From Vicugna vicugna (Eukaryota), in assembly GCA_013265495.1 (NCBI GenBank), contig MU058289.1, positions 2,603,451 through 2,667,450 of the forward strand: a stretch of DNA of 64,000 bases, read 5' to 3'. Positions 1 to 14,434 of the stretch are shown here, one piece after another. Each line of letters begins with the position of its first letter. The stretch's first letter is position 1. A program made the position numbers and the translations under genes. The notes under the pieces are model-generated. The model did no database searches. It saw only the letters and a list, made by a program, of their open reading frames with translations, and had not been told where the DNA came from.

Positions 1-641
1 GCCACATTGCCTTGTACGTTCGGATTTTCAAGTAGTACAGACAGAGATGCCAACTGAAGGTCTTTCTGGTTTCCAGTAGGGTCTGTACCACACGGCATCC
101 TTAAGCTTCTCTGACCTGGATTCTGCACTTCGTCCAGGGAAGGTCACCTCCCTCGAACTAAGTTCAGGGATGACTAGCACGCCCACCAGAGCATCACTGT
201 TCCCATTTATAATGGCCTGGTGTGCTCAGGGACGCCCTCACCACCAGTGCAGAGAACTTCCCTCTTTGGACCAGAGCGGCTCCACCCTTCCCAAATGTGG
301 GCTCTTAGGCATGATGCTACTTGAAGAAAGGAATCTTTTGCTGAGAGGGAAAGTTCAAAATGTCTGTATTAGTCCCACATTCAGAACTCAGAAGAATCTA
401 TCCTGTGGCTTCCGGTGGTAGGGATGACTTAATTTAACCGGGTAATTTAACTTGGAATTGTATTGTCTTCTAAAATGTCATCATAAATTCTTAGCTGATA
501 TCTTAGTTTTCCAGGAATTTTATTTGTGTGATACAAATGCTGTGTCACAGAATGTTCACCAGCTGACACAGTTTTAAAATAAATGAGGTTATAGGAAATT
601 TAATCTTTAATCTTAAAGTACACTTAGTTGTCATTATAATC

Positions 642-727
642 TTTTTTTTTAATGGTAGTACTGGGGATTGAACCCAGGACCTCAAGCATGCTAAGCATGC
701 CCTCTACCAGTGAGCTATACCCTCCCC
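642..727 (-). mobile_element. tRNA-derived SINE (camelid Vic-1-like)
   Basis: Reverse complement reads gggagggtatagctcactggtagagggcatgcttagcatgcttgaggtcctgggttcaatccccagtac plus A-tail, with A and B boxes. Imperfect flanking duplication cttagttgtca. Confidence 0.85.
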
Positions 728-879
728 CTTAGTTGTCACAATCTGAACACCAAAAGGGTAAAGAAAAAGAAATCTGTATCTACACATGTTGTTGTGGAAT
801 TGCATAACACGGAAGGCAAAGAGGAAATCTTAAAAGTGGCCAAAGGGTGAAAATGGGTTTTTTACTCCTTTTGTACCAA

Positions 880-1345
880 AAGGTCAAAAATTCAGAAGTT
901 TGACGATACAGAGTGTTTGGCAATGACACGAAGCAGTGGGAACTTTTCTATGTGGCTACTGGGGCTGGAAATTGGTTCTAACCTTTAGTAAAGGAGAACA
1001 TTGACACAGCTCACAACCCAGCCATTCCTCCCTCATCCTTTCCAGAGAAAGAAGCCCTCACACAGGAGCAACCAGAAATCGTGTAAAGAAATGACCCCAT
1101 CAGCACTGTTCATAATTGTCCCAAATGAAATGACCCCATATCCGTCAGCAGTGGAACAGATAAATAAATTGTGATACAGTCATAAAGGAATACCTAATAG
1201 CAATGAAAATGAACAAACTATATTTACAATATTTAGCAAGCGCATCTCACAAACATAATATTGAGTGAAAGGAGCACAACATAAATGAGTACCTGTGATA
1301 TGGCTGTATTTATATAAAGTTTAAAACAGGCAAAATTGGGGCATA
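880..1345 (+). mobile_element. Old L1 (L1M-type) 3' fragment
   Basis: Degenerate L1 3' motifs (cagcactgttcataattgtcccaaa, tgagtgaaaggagc, acaggcaaaa). Boundaries approximate. Confidence 0.6.
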
Positions 1346-2849
1346 CACAGATTTTAAAACTGAGGAAAAAAAAGTAAGGAAAAGCATATAGCAAAAATGA
1401 GATTAATGATTATGTCTTAAGGGGTTGGGACTTCGGTGTTTCCAGGATGCTGATTATGTTCTGTCTATTGACTTAGAAGAGAATTACATGGCATTTGCTT
1501 TATTATGAATTAAATTACTCATACTTGTTTTCTATGCTCTCCCCCAAATATCCACATCGTTTTATCAGTGAGGCTTACTTTGACTGTTCAAAATTGCTGT
1601 TCATTCATTCTTCCGTATTCCTGATTCTCATTTCCTTGCTTTGTTATTTCTTCCATAGAAAATGTCACCTTCTAACAGACTATGTAATTTATTTATTATG
1701 TTGATTGGTTATTGTCTCTTCCGACCAGATTGACAAGGGCAGGGACTTGTTTCTGTTTTTGTTCACTGGTGTATCCCAAGCACTGAGAATAGCACCTTCA
1801 GTTAATTCAATAACTGTTGGAGGAATTCAGTAATACGTTGTACAGTTTTTAAAATTTAACAAAATCAAAAGAAGTATATAAAATGATATCTCAGCTCTGC
1901 ATCGGAAAGGCTAGAAGGAATACACTGCACTGTTATGATGAGAGTCTGCCTCGACGTATTATGTATGAGTAACAATGAGCAGTTACGGTTTGTTTGTTTT
2001 TCTTTCCTGGTTTTCCTGTTGGCTTTTATTTCCGAAAGAGAAGGCCTGATCTTCAGAGTGGTTGGCCTTGGGTCATGGGACTTTATCTCATTATTGTTCA
2101 TCTGAATAAGAATAGTTTTTTTAAAAAGGCCCTCCCAGCCACCCAGAGAAGAAATCAGTGAGCCAGATCCAGGTCAGGCAGGGCAGAACCTCTGGGAGAG
2201 TGGAGAAAAGGGACCTGGGAAAGGTTCGAAGTGACACCTCGGGAAACCCCAGTAAAACATGACTCCAAAAAGCGAGTACGTCAGCTTGGAAGACAGGGCT
2301 GTGATGCGATCTGGGAGGAGCAGAGCTGCAGGCAGAAGTGTTTCAGAACCAGGCTGGATCCAGAGAGCTAGAGAAAGGACTGCAAGAGAGGTGGTGTGTA
2401 AAGCTTGGAAGTTGACCAGTCAGTCACTGCTCCTGCCCTCTCAGAACCTCATCTCATCCCGAAGGAACTGAGTGGCCTCCGTATAAAAATTATATAAGAA
2501 AAGGGGAGAAAAATAGAAGTGTAGTTTTGCTACACGTGATGAAAATGCATCAGAGATAATGTTGCCACAAGGAGATCAAAATTGAAACCTATACTCCAAA
2601 GTGAATTGATAGGCTCGTAGGTAGACAGACAAGTAAGGAGGTAGAGCAGTAGCCAAGTAGCTAATAAAACTTAATAATGCAGTAAAAGCTAGGAAGAAAT
2701 ACCAAAAAAGCAGAAACACAGATGGCCAGACAAAGGAGGATGTGAGTGGAACCAACACAACTCAGGGAAGAAATAGAAGGAAAAGGGAAACCATTTCAGA
2801 AATAGACTAAATTACAAGGAGAAAGATATAAAAAAGCACGGTGAGGGAC

Positions 2850-4690
2850 ATAAAAGGTAGACATGAGGAAGGCAAGGACAAGGAGGCAGAAATATGTAAA
2901 AAGAATTAGGAGAAATTGATAGAGATCCAACATACCTAAAGAAGAAATCAAAACATCCTGCTCCAAACAAGCATTCTTAAAACTTCGTATTGATGAACTT
3001 TTCTGAAATAAGTGAAGAGTTGAATCTACATGGTGAAAGGGCACATTATGAAAAACTGACCCAGCATGGACCTAGAAAATTGACTCCAAGACCTGTGACT
3101 TTGAGATAAAGTCTTGGACACACAGGCCAAAGATGAAGACATAAGAAAAAGCAAATCATGTTGGCATCACACTCCTCAGCGGCAGCACTGAATGCCAACA
3201 GTGGAACCCCCTCTACAAATATTCAAGGAAAGAGTATGAGCCAAGGATGTTTCCATCCAGCCAGGCTGCCCTTCTGACTGTTTTGACCACGTAAGAATTC
3301 TGGGAACATTTTATCCATGAACCTTCCCTGAGGATCAGTCAACCTGAGTTCAGCTAAGAGATGACTGGGCAAATTTCAGAAAAGTACCGCTCATGAGCAA
3401 AGAATATATTTAACTGTGAACTAGAACTTTTTTTTAAAAAGCAGGGATAACGCTGATGGAATAAAATGTGTTTTCTGACAATGTAGAAATACTACAACTA
3501 AGGGGAAAATGATAAGTGAAGGCTTGGGAAGGGAGGTGGAGAATGGAATAAACTTGCGGATTGCTTCATCTGTAATAACTAAGAGGTCCAAGGATATCGT
3601 TTAAAGATGGAAAGTCAAGTCAGAGCTCAAGCAGATTTAAGTGGGGGAAGAATGAAGAAAAGGTTATCATGAGCTAACACTGTGTTACTTTTGATAAGTG
3701 AAGGGACTAAGGACATGTAATATAAAGGCATAAAAATAAAAGTAACCACAAGAATCAAAAGAGATCCATCCCTAAGTAGCAAAATTACAACAGCAACAAA
3801 AACATAAAAACAAAGAAAATGGATTACATTACAGTCTTTAAAAATGTCTGTAGATAAAACAATAAAACATAAAGCAACAAATCTGCCATATAAGTAAATG
3901 TAAATGAGCTTAATTCACCCATTAGAAGACAGTTTTAGATTACAAAACAAAACACTATTCCATGTCAGAACCAAGAGATAATCAGAAACAGTATTTCAGA
4001 AAGATTAAAAATAAAAGGATGAATGAAGATAATACAGATTTATGTGAACGAAAAGAAAGCAAAGTTGCAGTCTTTATATTTGGTAAGAGAGAATTCAGGC
4101 CAAAAGCACTAAATGAGACTAAAAAAAGAGGGAAAAAAAGAGAGAGGCCTTAATAATGCTAAAGATTACAATTAACAATATACGGTTGTTATGAATATGC
4201 ACTAAATGATGCAACAGCAAATTTTATAACTACAGGAGATTCAAAGGGAAATGGAAACAGTGATAAGGGATAGCTCTTCTATATATATAGAAATATATAT
4301 TCTCTGTGTGTATATATATAGAATAGTCAAAAATTGATCATAGACTGGCTACGAAAAAAAGTCTCAATAAACTCCTGAAGCAGAAATAAGGCAGACATTT
4401 GTTGACCAAAAAGATGAATACCAGAAATTAATAAACAAAATCAGAAAGCAAAAACTGTTCTTTCACCTGGAAATGTAAAAACTACACAGTAAACTAATTC
4501 CTGGGTCAGAGGGGATGTATAAATTGAATTTCATAATTTCTAAAGAGAGCTGAATCTGTGTGAACTGTAAGTCAGAATCCACGTGACAGCAGTTTCGGGA
4601 ATGCTCAGTGGGAAGTTCACTAGCCTTAAATACTATCCAGTGAAAATGTGAGAAGGAAAGTAAATAAATCGGGCTTTTATCTTAATCATC
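2850..4690 (+). mobile_element. Old degenerate L1 (ORF1 to endonuclease region)
   Basis: A-rich strand bias and motifs taaatgtaaatgagcttaattcacccatt and aaaattgatcata. Boundaries approximate. Confidence 0.55.
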
Positions 4691-4710
4691 TGTTTACCAG
4701 TAGAGTGTGA

Positions 4711-5283
<573 letters not shown>

Positions 5284-5329
5284 TGATTTTACTATTGGTC
5301 TCGATTTTTATTTGTTCCTCATTTTTTAA

Positions 5330-5590
5330 AATTTTTTTAAAAGATTTCCCCTAGCAATTGACATATAACATCGTGTAAGTTTAAGGTGTACAGTGTGGTA
5401 ATTTGATACGCTTACGTATTGTGAAATGATTACAGTAGGTTAGTTAACGTTATCCTTCACCTCATATAATTACTGTTTTGTTGCTGCTGCTGCTGCTGCT
5501 ATGGTGAGAATATTTGAGACCTGCTCTCTTAGCAGCTTCCAAGTATACAGTACAATACTGTTCACTACAGCCCCTATACTGTACATTGGA
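5330..5590 (-). mobile_element. L1 3' UTR fragment
   Basis: aattgacatataaca...taaggtgtacagtgtggtaatttgatac...ctctcttagcagcttccaagtataca; contains a short (CTG)n run. Confidence 0.7.
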
Positions 5591-7388
5591 TTTCAGGTCT
5601 TCCTTCTTTTTAATCCCTCCTTTAAAGGTTCCTGTTGTTTGAATATGGGACTTCCTAAATCAATCCAGTCTTCTCATTGTCCTTCCCTTTTTTCCTCCTC
5701 TTTTCCATCTCTTTGATATTTTTATTTTATTCCATTCTCTTGGGAAAGTTTATTGGCTTTTGATAGAATGTTTTATTTCTGCTCTAATTCTTTTTCATTT
5801 GAGAACTTTAAAATTTTGGATCCGTCCCTTTCTAGAAGATCACAGTCATGAGATCATAGGTGTATTGTGTGCTCTGTGGCTGTAAGGGTCTGTCAGTTAC
5901 ACTTTGTCCTTTAAACATGTGCTAGAGGAGGCCTTGCTAGTATATTGAAGACGCTCGGGAACATCACACATTTGCTGAAGGTAAACCTGGTGTTCCCGTC
6001 ACGTTGTCTGTGTTTCACATTTAAGTTGGACTTTTCAGAGTGGCTGTGTTGTCTTTGACAGACTGGAACATGAACTGATGCTTGCAGAACAATCGTAATG
6101 ACACTGGGCTGTGGTTTTATTCAGGTTATAGTAGGATCCATGTATTTGATACCAAGCAGAATGCAGATAGCGGTTTTATGTTTTCTCTCAGCCAGATGCT
6201 TCCTACTGCCAAGCAAAATGAAGTCTTATCCAACAGGTTTTCTGTAATCACGGAAGTTCTTGCCACCACAAACGGTGATTTTGTGAATGTTGGGCCGATA
6301 CCAAGTTTCTTGTCAGACAGGAGGTTTAGAATTGCATCAATAAAATGGAACTTTGATTTGTACTTTCTCTCTTATTCCATGTTGGGTTTTTTTGCCCTTT
6401 AATGATTTGAAAGTTAAACATTCTATTTCTGTTCTTTTTAGTGGTTACCCTTGAAATTTCACTATACTCATCATTATACTTAATTATACTATACTATACT
6501 TAACATTAAATTATGCTATACTTAATATTATACTATACTATATTATACCATACTTAACATTAAAAAAAATCTAAAATTAATCAGCATCTCTACATTTCTA
6601 CCCCCAAATGCAAGATCTAATGCTCTAATCTAATTATTTCTCACTCGGTTTATATGTCATTGTCTAGTGTCATTACATGTCAATACAGATCTATGAAAGT
6701 GAAAAGCAAAATCTATTTTATACCATTATTTTTAGCCCCAGAAATCACATACTACTAGTTTTCATATAGTGGTTTTATTTTGACTTACATAAAGTGTGCC
6801 AGTTTCTTTGCTTACTATTCCTTTTTGCATCTCAAACTTCTTCCTAAACTACACACTTTAGAAGTTTCTTTAGTGAGAGTAAGCTTTCTCAGGTTTTGCT
6901 TTTCTGAAAATGTGCGCATTTTGCCCTCATGCATGTGAGTTGATTTTTGCTGGGTACAGAATTCTACCTCGACAGTCTCAGCATATTCCACTGTCTTCTC
7001 TGTTTCATTACTGCTGTTGAGAAATTTTTTTATCATTTTTAAAACTAGATGTTCCATCATTTCTCTTGCCTCTTTTAAGGTCTCCTCTGTTTCTTGTAGT
7101 CTGCAGTTTCACTGTGTTTAACTATGGATTTCTTTTTACTTGTCTACTTGGTATAAGTTATTCTCTATATTTATAATTTTATCTTTCCTTACTTCTAGAA
7201 AATTCTCAGTTGCTATCTCTTAAAGTAAATCTTTTCTCCTCATTGTTTCCTTTTGGAACTCAGATTAAATGTATGTCAGACCTTCTTATTGAATCTTCTG
7301 TTTTCTATCACCTTGTTTTTCTGGTCTACATTTTGGGTAATTCTCAATATTTCTGTTTTTACTAATTCTCTGTTTTCAAGGTACTGGG

Positions 7389-7506
7389 TTTTTGTTTTTG
7401 TTTTTGTTTTTGTTTTTTTTGCATCTGGAGGCAGTTAGGTTTATTCTTAGAGGAGGTACTGGGGATTTGAACCCAGGACCTTGTGCACGCTAGGCATGCG
7501 CTCTAC
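7389..7506 (-). mobile_element. tRNA-derived SINE of the same family, head truncated
   Basis: ggtactggggatttgaacccaggaccttgtgcacgctaggcatgcgctctac with a (TTTTTG)n tail. Confidence 0.8.
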
Positions 7507-9748
7507 AATGCACTGTTTAACCCAGCCATTGCGTTTTTAATTTCAACAACTGTATATTTCAATTTCAGAAGTACTGTCTGGTTCTTTTGAAAAATCTGTT
7601 TAGTCGTTTTTAAAATAAATTCTTGGTCTTCCCTTATTTTTAATACACCTTTTATTTCTTTTAACATTTCATTCATAGTTCTTTTGTATTCTGTGTGTGG
7701 CAGTTTCATTACCTGGAATTTGGGGATCTGAAATCTGGTTTTGTTGACTCTTGCCCTATATGGCTTATTTTGTTCTATGAACAGTAATTTTTTACTCTGA
7801 ACCCATGTGTGGGTTGAATTTAGTCTGTGGAGTCCTGGGGGCCTGGATTGAGGGTGTTTTTCTCCAGAGAAGATTTGCGTTTGCCTCTCTTTGATGCCAG
7901 AGAGTATTTCCAACCTGGAGTCACTTTAATTCTATTACTACTTTAAAAAATAGTCTACAGTAATGTTCTTCTTCTTCTTTTTTTAATATGAAAGGACTTT
8001 GCAAATATCCACAATGCCATTATTACATTTATATGAATGTATAGTTTCTTAATATATATTTTTCTGAACTGCCCTCTGGGTGGCTTCCTCTGCACAATAT
8101 TTCACTCTACTAATTCTCTTTTTGTCTGTGTACTTCTAAACCATCCATTGAGTTTTTTTCCCTGATTGTCTCAAAAATGTCTTTTAACTTTTGGTTCACT
8201 CCAGTTGAGGCCTGAGGATGCTCCACAGTGGGGAACAGTGTAGATTCAAACCCCAGATTCATTTGAGAACAGGCCAGTGTCCACAGTCCGCAAGGATCCT
8301 CTTGGAGGAGATTTCTTTTGATGATTGGCAGATTTTCCACCCAACCATCCTTTCTTTGAGGGTTCTTCACATGTCTCCACTTACCTGCCTAATTCTGGGA
8401 GACATAGTTCAGAGTGTTTCCAGGAAGAAGAGAAGCATGGATATGAGTGAGCCCTGGGGTTTTCTGGCACCCCAGTTTGCGTGGGCCCAAGACTAGTCTC
8501 CATTCTACAAAAATTTGGGTTTCCAGCATGGGCTTTTGTCCTCAAAGCAATACCAACGTTTTGTTTGCCTACCTCCGTGGTTTCGATTTAATCTTCATTT
8601 TTTTCCTGCCCTTATAGATTTCCTATTCTCTTTGTTTTGAGCTCAGCTATACATTAATATGTATCAAATATCTGGGTATTCTGTGTCAGAAAACAGAGGC
8701 CTGGGGACTTTCTAGACAGTGTAATTAAACAGTGTCCAGCACTCAGCAGGCCTCACGGGCCTTGGAAGAAAGCCGCAGTTCACAAGAAAAGTGACACTGG
8801 ACAAGTGGCCATGTCCCCGGCCTCCCTGAATCTCCGTGTTCTCTGTGTTAAACAGCAGCCCTAAGTTCCCCTGGTAATCCAGTTTCTGGCATTTTCCATG
8901 ACCGTCTGGCAGTGTCTGTGAAGGAGCTGGCCGCCCCAGCCCTGCCATCCTGCGCAAGGCCTGCTCCTCCTCCCAGGCTCAGGCCAGCTTTTCTACCCTC
9001 CCTGGGGCTCACTGTCCCGGGAGGTGGTGGCTGGTATGCCACTCTGCTCCCCCGGTGGACCACAGCCCTGTGAGGACACGTGTACCTTGTCTGCCCTGTT
9101 TCCTCAAACCCCCAGCGTGGGGCCCGTCACAGAGTCCTTGCTCGGGACTTGCCTTTTCTCACAAGCTTGGTTCTTCTTGGTCCCCGCGTGGTCTGGGCCA
9201 GTCTGTCCTGGGTTATGATCCCTACTCCCCACGGTCCCCTCCTCACCCTACTACCTCACTCTTTGTGTCTGGGCCCATTAGTGGCTCTGTGGGTGGGGGC
9301 TGTGAAAGGTCACTGAGTGCTGGCAGGTCACAGTGGGGACAGGCAAAGGGGACACAGGGCCCTGCCGTATGGGCGCCCACAGCCAGGCCATTGTGCTGTC
9401 AGTCAGCTACCACAGGGATTATATTTTTATTTTTGAACACGTTAATGCTACAGAGAACAAGAATGTGTGCACTGGTGCCAAAATAGAGGAAAAGGCAAAC
9501 ACAGAGAGGAAAGCTAAGAAGTCGTTTTCAGCCTGTGCCTTTGTATTTTTTCTATTTCCAGGGACCCCCGTGCTTCGTTCACACTGGGAGTCTTTGCCTC
9601 AGAACCCAAGCACAGTGGACTCTGTTCTCTGACCTTACACATTCTTCCAGTTGGGTTCTCGCTACTTTAGGATTCATAAAGGCTTTATAAATACTTTTTT
9701 TAATTGTGTTATTTAAAGATTTTCCCTTGTTTTGTTTCTTTCTCTCAG

Positions 9749-9989
9749 AGAAATAGAAGGCGAGCTTGACATTGTGTGGGAGTCCACCACCAAGGAAAAC
9801 CAAAGGATCCGAGAGCTGCTCCAGGCCACCCTCGAGAGGACGGGCCCAGGGAACACCGTCAGAGCTTTCAAGGACACCTGCCTGGATGGCATCTCTCAGG
9901 GGGACATGCTGGATGGCTGCAGCTTCAGCTACTGTGACATGAAGCCACCTCCCACCATCCGCCAGGGTCTGCGGGAGCCCCTGGGCTAG
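9749..9989 (+). CDS. CEP89: CEP89 last coding exon
   Basis: Long pyrimidine tract then cag| at 9746-9748. The phase-2 join AG+A gives Arg. Encodes EIEGELDIVWESTTKENQRIRELLQATL..., stop TAG at 9987-9989. Confidence 0.9.
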
Positions 9990-12139
9990 GGCCCCCTCGG
10001 CCGGAGAGGCCCGCCTGGCACAGGCCTAGGGCGGGTGGCGGGGGCAGACCCCCCCACCGCTGCGGCGTCTCTCCTCGGGGCAAGGAAGGAATGAGCAGTC
10101 TCAGAAATTCAACGCACTTTTTACATTTCGCTTTATTTTTAAAAAGTGCTGCTGAACTGTACTCAGCCAGTGCACGTCCTCTGACCTCGTTGCCAGGGAG
10201 CCGGGCCCTGTGAGACCCGGTGCTCAGGCTGACAGCTGACCTGAGGGCTGGCCTGTCTCCGGGCTCCTAGGTCTGCAGCTGGGAAAGCGCCGGAGGACAC
10301 GGCCGGCCGGAGCGCGCGCTCAGCCTGTGTGTCTGATGAGTAAGTTGAATTGGATGAGCCTCGGGTGGAAGCAGTCGCAGTGATATCTGTGCATTAACTC
10401 TGGGTGCTATTTCATTGTTTGGTTAAAAAAAAAAACAAAACAGGTGCTGATCCTCATGCCCCAGTAAGTTGTGCAGAACCTGTCCTGTCTTCCCTTCCCC
10501 CCAAGCCCTTCTCTGTCCTCCTGGGGAAGGTCATTTTTCTGCGACCACGTAAGCTTTCTCCCTCTTTGAGAGCCCTGACTTTGAACATCCAGGTAGGGTC
10601 CCTGCCCTACTGCCATCACTGAGAAGGATGCCAGGGGCCGCGCCACCTCCTCAGGTAGACCATCCCTGCCTCTCGGGACCAGTCGCGGGGACGTCCCGGC
10701 AGTGATGCCGGCCGTCTAGGGCTGCTTGTCCCCGGCACGCTGGGAGAACGCAGGGACATCCGCTACGAAGTACCCTCAACAGTGGTACGGAGGGTAGATC
10801 CCGTCGCGTCCTTCACCGGACCCCTCGTAGCTGAGGCCTGTGTCAGTTTAGGTGTGCACTTAGGTCCAGTGTTGGCCCCTGGTCATGTATAAAAGTTGCT
10901 CTTTGGTTACTAGGTATGAAGTTGAGATGGGAAATCATTGTTCTTTTAGATTTCATTAAAATTGTTCAACAGTTAAAGAATTGTAATTTATTTTCATTTC
11001 ACCAGAAGCAGAAAGACTCACCAGGATTTAATATTATGTATCATCTCCTAGGAGATGACCTAGCGAATAACTTTGATGCTATTTCAGGGGAATTTGTGCC
11101 AGCTGTCTAATAATCCGTAGACAGGCTGAAAGGTGGCAGCAGCCCCGTGAGTCTCTTGCCTCCAGACCGATGCTCAGGAGCCGGCTTCCCCGTGGGACAC
11201 TGCTGTCGTCACATCACCTAGAGAACCACTTCTGTTGTCCCTTCCCTCTGCCTTCAGAGAGAACATTTCTTTCCCTTGAGAAATGAATGTTTGTACATTT
11301 CTGCTTTGTCACACGTTACAGATACACTTTGCAAGTTCAGTGACCTCAGGACCTCATCATGGCCCAGCAGGGGTGGGATTGTGCAGTGCTGGGCTCTGCC
11401 GGCCTCCCGCTGGGTGCTGCAGGAAATGGGCAGACGAGCTCAGAGTCCAGGATGCAGAGGAGGGCAAAGCAGGCGAGACGGCAAAAAATGATGCAGTGCG
11501 AGGCACCGAGCCCAGCCTCGAGCTGGACCACCCCGGCCTTGCAGTGTGGACAGGGTCTCAGGAGGTGGAGGAGGCAGAGGGGGCTGTGTGAACAGCAGGA
11601 GGGGCTCTGGGGCCGGAGGTTGGGGTGGGCTATGAGGCCTGACTGCCGGGAGGGGGCCCCTGTTCCTCTGCGTCCTGTAGGTTTCCAGTCTGAGCGGGAA
11701 CTGGTGTCATTCTCTCTTGGTCCTGGTGAGTCTTTATACAGTGCTAGAATGGTCCTGGTCAGGTTGAAAGTAACCCAAGGCAGACAGTTAGATAACGTGA
11801 CCCAGGAAGTCAAGAGAGCCCTGCTGCCCTTGGCACTATTTAAAAGCAGCCGTGGGGATGTCAGAACTGGGTGGAGAGGGGGCCCGAGTGTGGGCGTGGC
11901 TGTGGGTTTGGCATTGACCGCGTCGAGAGGCTGTCCTGTCTTCCAGTCGTCCCTTGCAGAGGGGTGGTGGGATCAGAAGAGACCCCTTTGCCCCTCAACC
12001 TCTGAGAAGAATGGGAGAGACCCCACCCTTTCCAACAGTTGAAATCTTTGTAGACCAGTGATCATCTAACGCTAAGGAGAGGGAGGAAATTCTGGATTTT
12101 ATTAGTTTCAATGTAAGTATATTCAGCAGCTATGCTGTG

Positions 12140-12609
12140 AATGCTTATGTATGTGCTGTTTGTTGAGAACAATGGCAGTGACGAAGGCAAATGTAACTTC
12201 AGAGCCACGAGCTTCCAGAGCGGGCAGATCTCAGTGCAGTCACGGGAAAGCTGACGTGTGTGCTGGAGCACGTGGGTATGCGAACCTGCCTTTCCAGCTA
12301 TAAATTTTATGAAATGTAGATAGAGGTCAGATATTTCTGATGAAAATCTAGCACCCACATTCAGATGTGCTATAACCATAAATGTATGCCAGATTTTGAA
12401 GTCTTACTATGAAGAAATAGATGTATGCAATATCTCACTAATGCTTTTTATATTGGTTTTATATGATACCATTTTTATATATTGGGTTAAATAAAATGTT
12501 GTTAAAATTGATTTCACCGGGGGTTTGTATTACTTTTTTTAAAATGTGGGCACTGGAAAACTTTAAATCCCACACATGGCTCCCATTATATTTCCCTTGG
12601 ACAGTGCTG
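12140..12609. mobile_element. hAT-Charlie DNA transposon remnant (MER33/Charlie1-like)
   Basis: atattgggttaaataaaat...gtgggcactggaaaactttaaat...atttcccttggacagtgctg terminal motif. Confidence 0.7.
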
Positions 12610-13620
12610 CCTAGACCTAAATGTGAAAAGCAAAACTAAGCTGCTAGAAAATACTTCATGACTTTGCGAGGGAGGGAGAAGGGAGAGGGGGAGGGAGAAG
12701 GGAAGAGCAGGGTGAGCCTCAGCCAGCTCCCCAGGCCTTGCGGGCCCCCAGCCCTGCTCCCGCCAGCCAGGACTTGTGAACTGTCCACTCATCTCCTTCC
12801 GATTGGGTGACTGTCACCTCCTTGACTTGAGCAGCTGGGCTCAGTGTGTGGCCTTTACCTCCATTTGAAAGGACTTTAGACACTCCCAGATACTCCAGAC
12901 CGGAAGTCTGGGTCACTCTGGGCCACTTCTCTGCCTCTACAAGGCTTTCCCATCGGCAGTGAAGACTCCTCAGGGTGAGACACTTCTCCTGGACCCCACA
13001 TTCTCTCCTCTCCGTGGAGAGCCCAGCCCCTGACGCGCTGCCCGCCTCCAGACTGGCTGCCACCCCATCTACTATAGCGCCCGGTCTGGTGCTGCACACC
13101 CTGGCAGCTCCCAGCTCGGCAGAGCCACTGTCCCTGTGGGTTCAGGGATGCTGTGCTCTCCTGGCTCTATCCATTCCTTAAATACTGGGTCCTCAGACCC
13201 TGTCTCTTCTCACCCCGTGCTCCCCTTGGATGTGCCCAAAATTCACACATCCAGGTTCCCTCCACAGCCCTGGTGTGCTTCAGTCCTGGGACCACTGGCC
13301 CTGATTAAATAAGAAATTTAATCAAAGATAGAAGCTGTTATGTAGACACTGAGAAAGTGTATAAGCAGCTCATGATAGAATGGACCATTCACAAAGCATT
13401 TGACAGATCTGAGCAGGGTCACCCCGTGAGAAGGGTCACCCCGTGAGGTTGCGTGATTCGTGTACTGCACAAAGGCACCCAGCCAACCGGTGAGTGGGGC
13501 TGGAATCTCGCCCAGACTCCTCTCACCAAACGTGTCCTGGAGGAAGAGGCCTCTTGTTGTTCATACCTCCCCACACCATGAGTCCATGGCACTATGTCCC
13601 CTCAGAGAAGGCTCCCTTTA

Positions 13621-13750
13621 TTGTTTTATTTTTATTTTTCAGGAGGGTGGTAATTAGGTTTATTTATTTAATGTAGGTACTGGGGGTTGAACCCAGAACC
13701 TTGCGCATGCTAAATAACCATGCACTCTACCACTGAGCTATACCTTCCGC
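13621..13750 (-). mobile_element. tRNA-derived SINE of the same family, with TSD
   Basis: SINE body at about 13675-13750. TSD ctcagagaag(g/t)ctcc(c/t)ttta at 13601-13620 and 13751-13770. Confidence 0.88.
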
Positions 13751-13849
13751 CTCAGAGAAGTCTCCTTTTAAAAGCTGCACAGAAATGGACCTCTTGAGAC
13801 CCTGTGTAATTCCTAATCCTGAGCTGTCATATTTATTATTATTATTATT

Positions 13850-14414
13850 ATTTACAAAATTTGCCACCCCAAAACATCTCTTTGGCATGAGGATTATTTC
13901 AGGCTGATTATTTATAAGAAACCGAGACTCCATGGGGGGGGGTCTTTCTTTTTACCTTCCCCTTAGCTGCTTAAAGACTTTAGATCAAGGGCCTGTTCCA
14001 GGCACAGAGCTCTCACCAGAGATAGCTGCAAGGAGTGTGGGCCAGGTGGTGGGGGAAGCTCAGCAGGGCCTCAAGATCAGAGTCCACTGTGGCTCCCATT
14101 GTCCCAGTAAGGCACAGAAAATATTTATTTACCAAACATTTGCTTTTCCATCCCCCTGTGAATTGCCTTCCTCCCCCTTGAAGTCCTAAACCACTGCCCC
14201 CAACATCCTCTCCTGTCTTTAGCTGAAGATGTGATTGAAGGCGAGGGCTTTGAACATTTTGATGAGTTGCTCATTTTTTCCTGGGTCTCTCCAGGTATAT
14301 ATGTTATTAAAATTTTGTGTGATTTTCTCCTGTTAACCTGTCTCATATCAACCTCATTCCCAGACCAGCCAGAAGAACCTAGAGGGGCAGAGGGAGATTT
14401 CTCCCTTCCTGACA
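13850..14414 (+). mobile_element. ERV 5' LTR, MER34-like
   Basis: Starts with aatttgccaccccaaaa...tctttggcatgaggattattt, resembling recalled MER34-group LTR 5' ends. ATTAAA at 14306-14311. Ends ...cctgaca directly before a PBS. Confidence 0.75.
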
Positions 14415-14416
14415 GT

Positions 14417-14434
14417 TGGCGTAGTCGGCAGGAT
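14417..14434 (+). other. Retroviral primer-binding site for tRNA-Ser
   Basis: TGGCGTAGTCGGCAGGAT is the reverse complement of ATCCTGCCGACTACGCCA, the 3' end of mammalian tRNA-Ser(AGA/TGA). Confidence 0.9.

Noticed and set aside
6082..6402. 106-aa ORF with an internal AATAAA in the last CEP89 intron
   Set aside because: No recognisable protein, no ATG start, and no TSD or poly(A) tail to support a retrocopy.
7969..8016. Possible U6 snRNA pseudogene end (aatatgaaaggactttgcaaat)
   Set aside because: Similarity to the U6 3' end is too short and too degenerate.
11359..12042. 227-aa ORF and overlapping ORFs on both strands
   Set aside because: GC-rich sequence with few stops, no recognisable domain, and overlapping frames on both strands; typical chance ORFs.
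13414..13447. Two-copy direct repeat agggtcaccccgtgag
   Set aside because: Simple local tandem duplication; no spacer array and not CRISPR-like in a mammalian context.
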